Part shown: piece by piece, positions 63,610 through 64,000 of the stretch | Position numbering within the stretch: the first letter of the stretch is position 1 | How the letters are laid out: every line of letters begins with the position of its first letter | DNA from: Escherichia phage vB_Eco_F31 | Direction: 5' to 3' (one strand) | Length of the DNA: 64,000 bases | Sequence record: OP870147.1 | The notes under the pieces: model-generated | Told to the model about the DNA's origin: nothing | The model's database searches: none | The model's input: only the letters and a program-made list of their open reading frames with translations | Position numbers and translations under genes: made by a program

Positions 63610-64000
63610 GGTCCAAATACGTCTTCAAACGAATCCGCTTCTGTTTTATCAAAACGGAACCCTTTAATAATTGGAAGGAAAATACCTACAGTTCCTTCAC
63701 GTCCTTTAGAATGAACCCAACCATTGCATTCACAATCAGCGATACGTCCAATTAATTTACCTTCACGAGCTTCGGCCATTAATCGTTCACGGTCCAAATC
63801 ATGACGCTCATCTAAAGGAATAAGAACCTTTACACCATCAACTGTTTTATGAGTTGTATCTTTAAAACCTGAACCACAATCGGTTGTAATACGACGACAA
63901 CGTGATACGAGTTCGACACCACCTAATTTGTTAGGGTCTTTAGAGTGTTCATAGTATCCTACAACTTCTAAAGCGATATCAATAACTTCTTTAAATTTAA
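63588..64000 (-). CDS. hypothetical protein, 5' end outside window
   Basis: Reading frame stays open from 63588 to the right window edge (manual translation ...DPNKLGGVELVSRCRRITTDCGSGF...); ORF-track start at 63797 is a TTG. Confidence 0.45.
   Translation of the reverse strand, partial: KFKEVIDIALEVVGYYEHSKDPNKLGGVELVSRCRRITTDCGSGFKDTTHKTVDGVKVLIPLDERHDLDRERLMAEAREGKLIGRIADCECNGWVHSKGREGTVGIFLPIIKGFRFDKTEADSFEDVFGPWSQTGL

Overview
This window is a T4-like (T-even, Tequatrovirus-type) myovirus genome segment, identified from the six-frame translations: lysozyme e, endonuclease V, NudE, dNMP kinase, terminase 16/17, portal 20, capsid 23/24, tail 18/19, baseplate 5-12/25-29/48/53/54, fibritin, Hoc, Inh, UvsW, UvsY, Rnl2 and Alt are all recognisable. 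Layout: (i) 1-2534, an early minus-strand block with four genes carrying the internal-protein capsid-targeting N-terminus (MKTYQEF-like), denV, e and nudE; (ii) 2524-12772, a hyperplastic accessory region of about 25 small minus-strand ORFs, two tRNAs (anticodons CAU and UCU), a candidate small RNA and two further internal-protein-like genes; (iii) 12850-16288, genes 57B-57A-1-3-2-4; (iv) 16350-46964, the plus-strand late morphogenesis block 53 through 24; (v) 46997-64000, rnlB, hoc, inh, uvsW, uvsY, 25/26, 51-27-28-29-48-54 and alt. Regulatory syntax is T4-like: TATAAATA late promoters, GTTTAC-N17-19-TA..AT early promoters on the minus strand, MotA-box middle promoters, and GC-stem/TTCG-loop terminators. 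The most notable anomalies are a perfect 347-bp tandem duplication that removes the native stop codon of gene 8, six CTS-bearing internal-protein genes, two paralogous families of small proteins with conserved C-terminal motifs, promoter/stem-loop cassettes reused at several sites, and a Hoc with an extra Ig-like domain. No CRISPR array, transposase, integrase or homing endonuclease was recognised. Manually derived coordinates for promoters, terminators and RNAs are approximate (a few nt); CDS coordinates follow the ORF track, with starts adjusted where an ATG plus Shine-Dalgarno was read directly.
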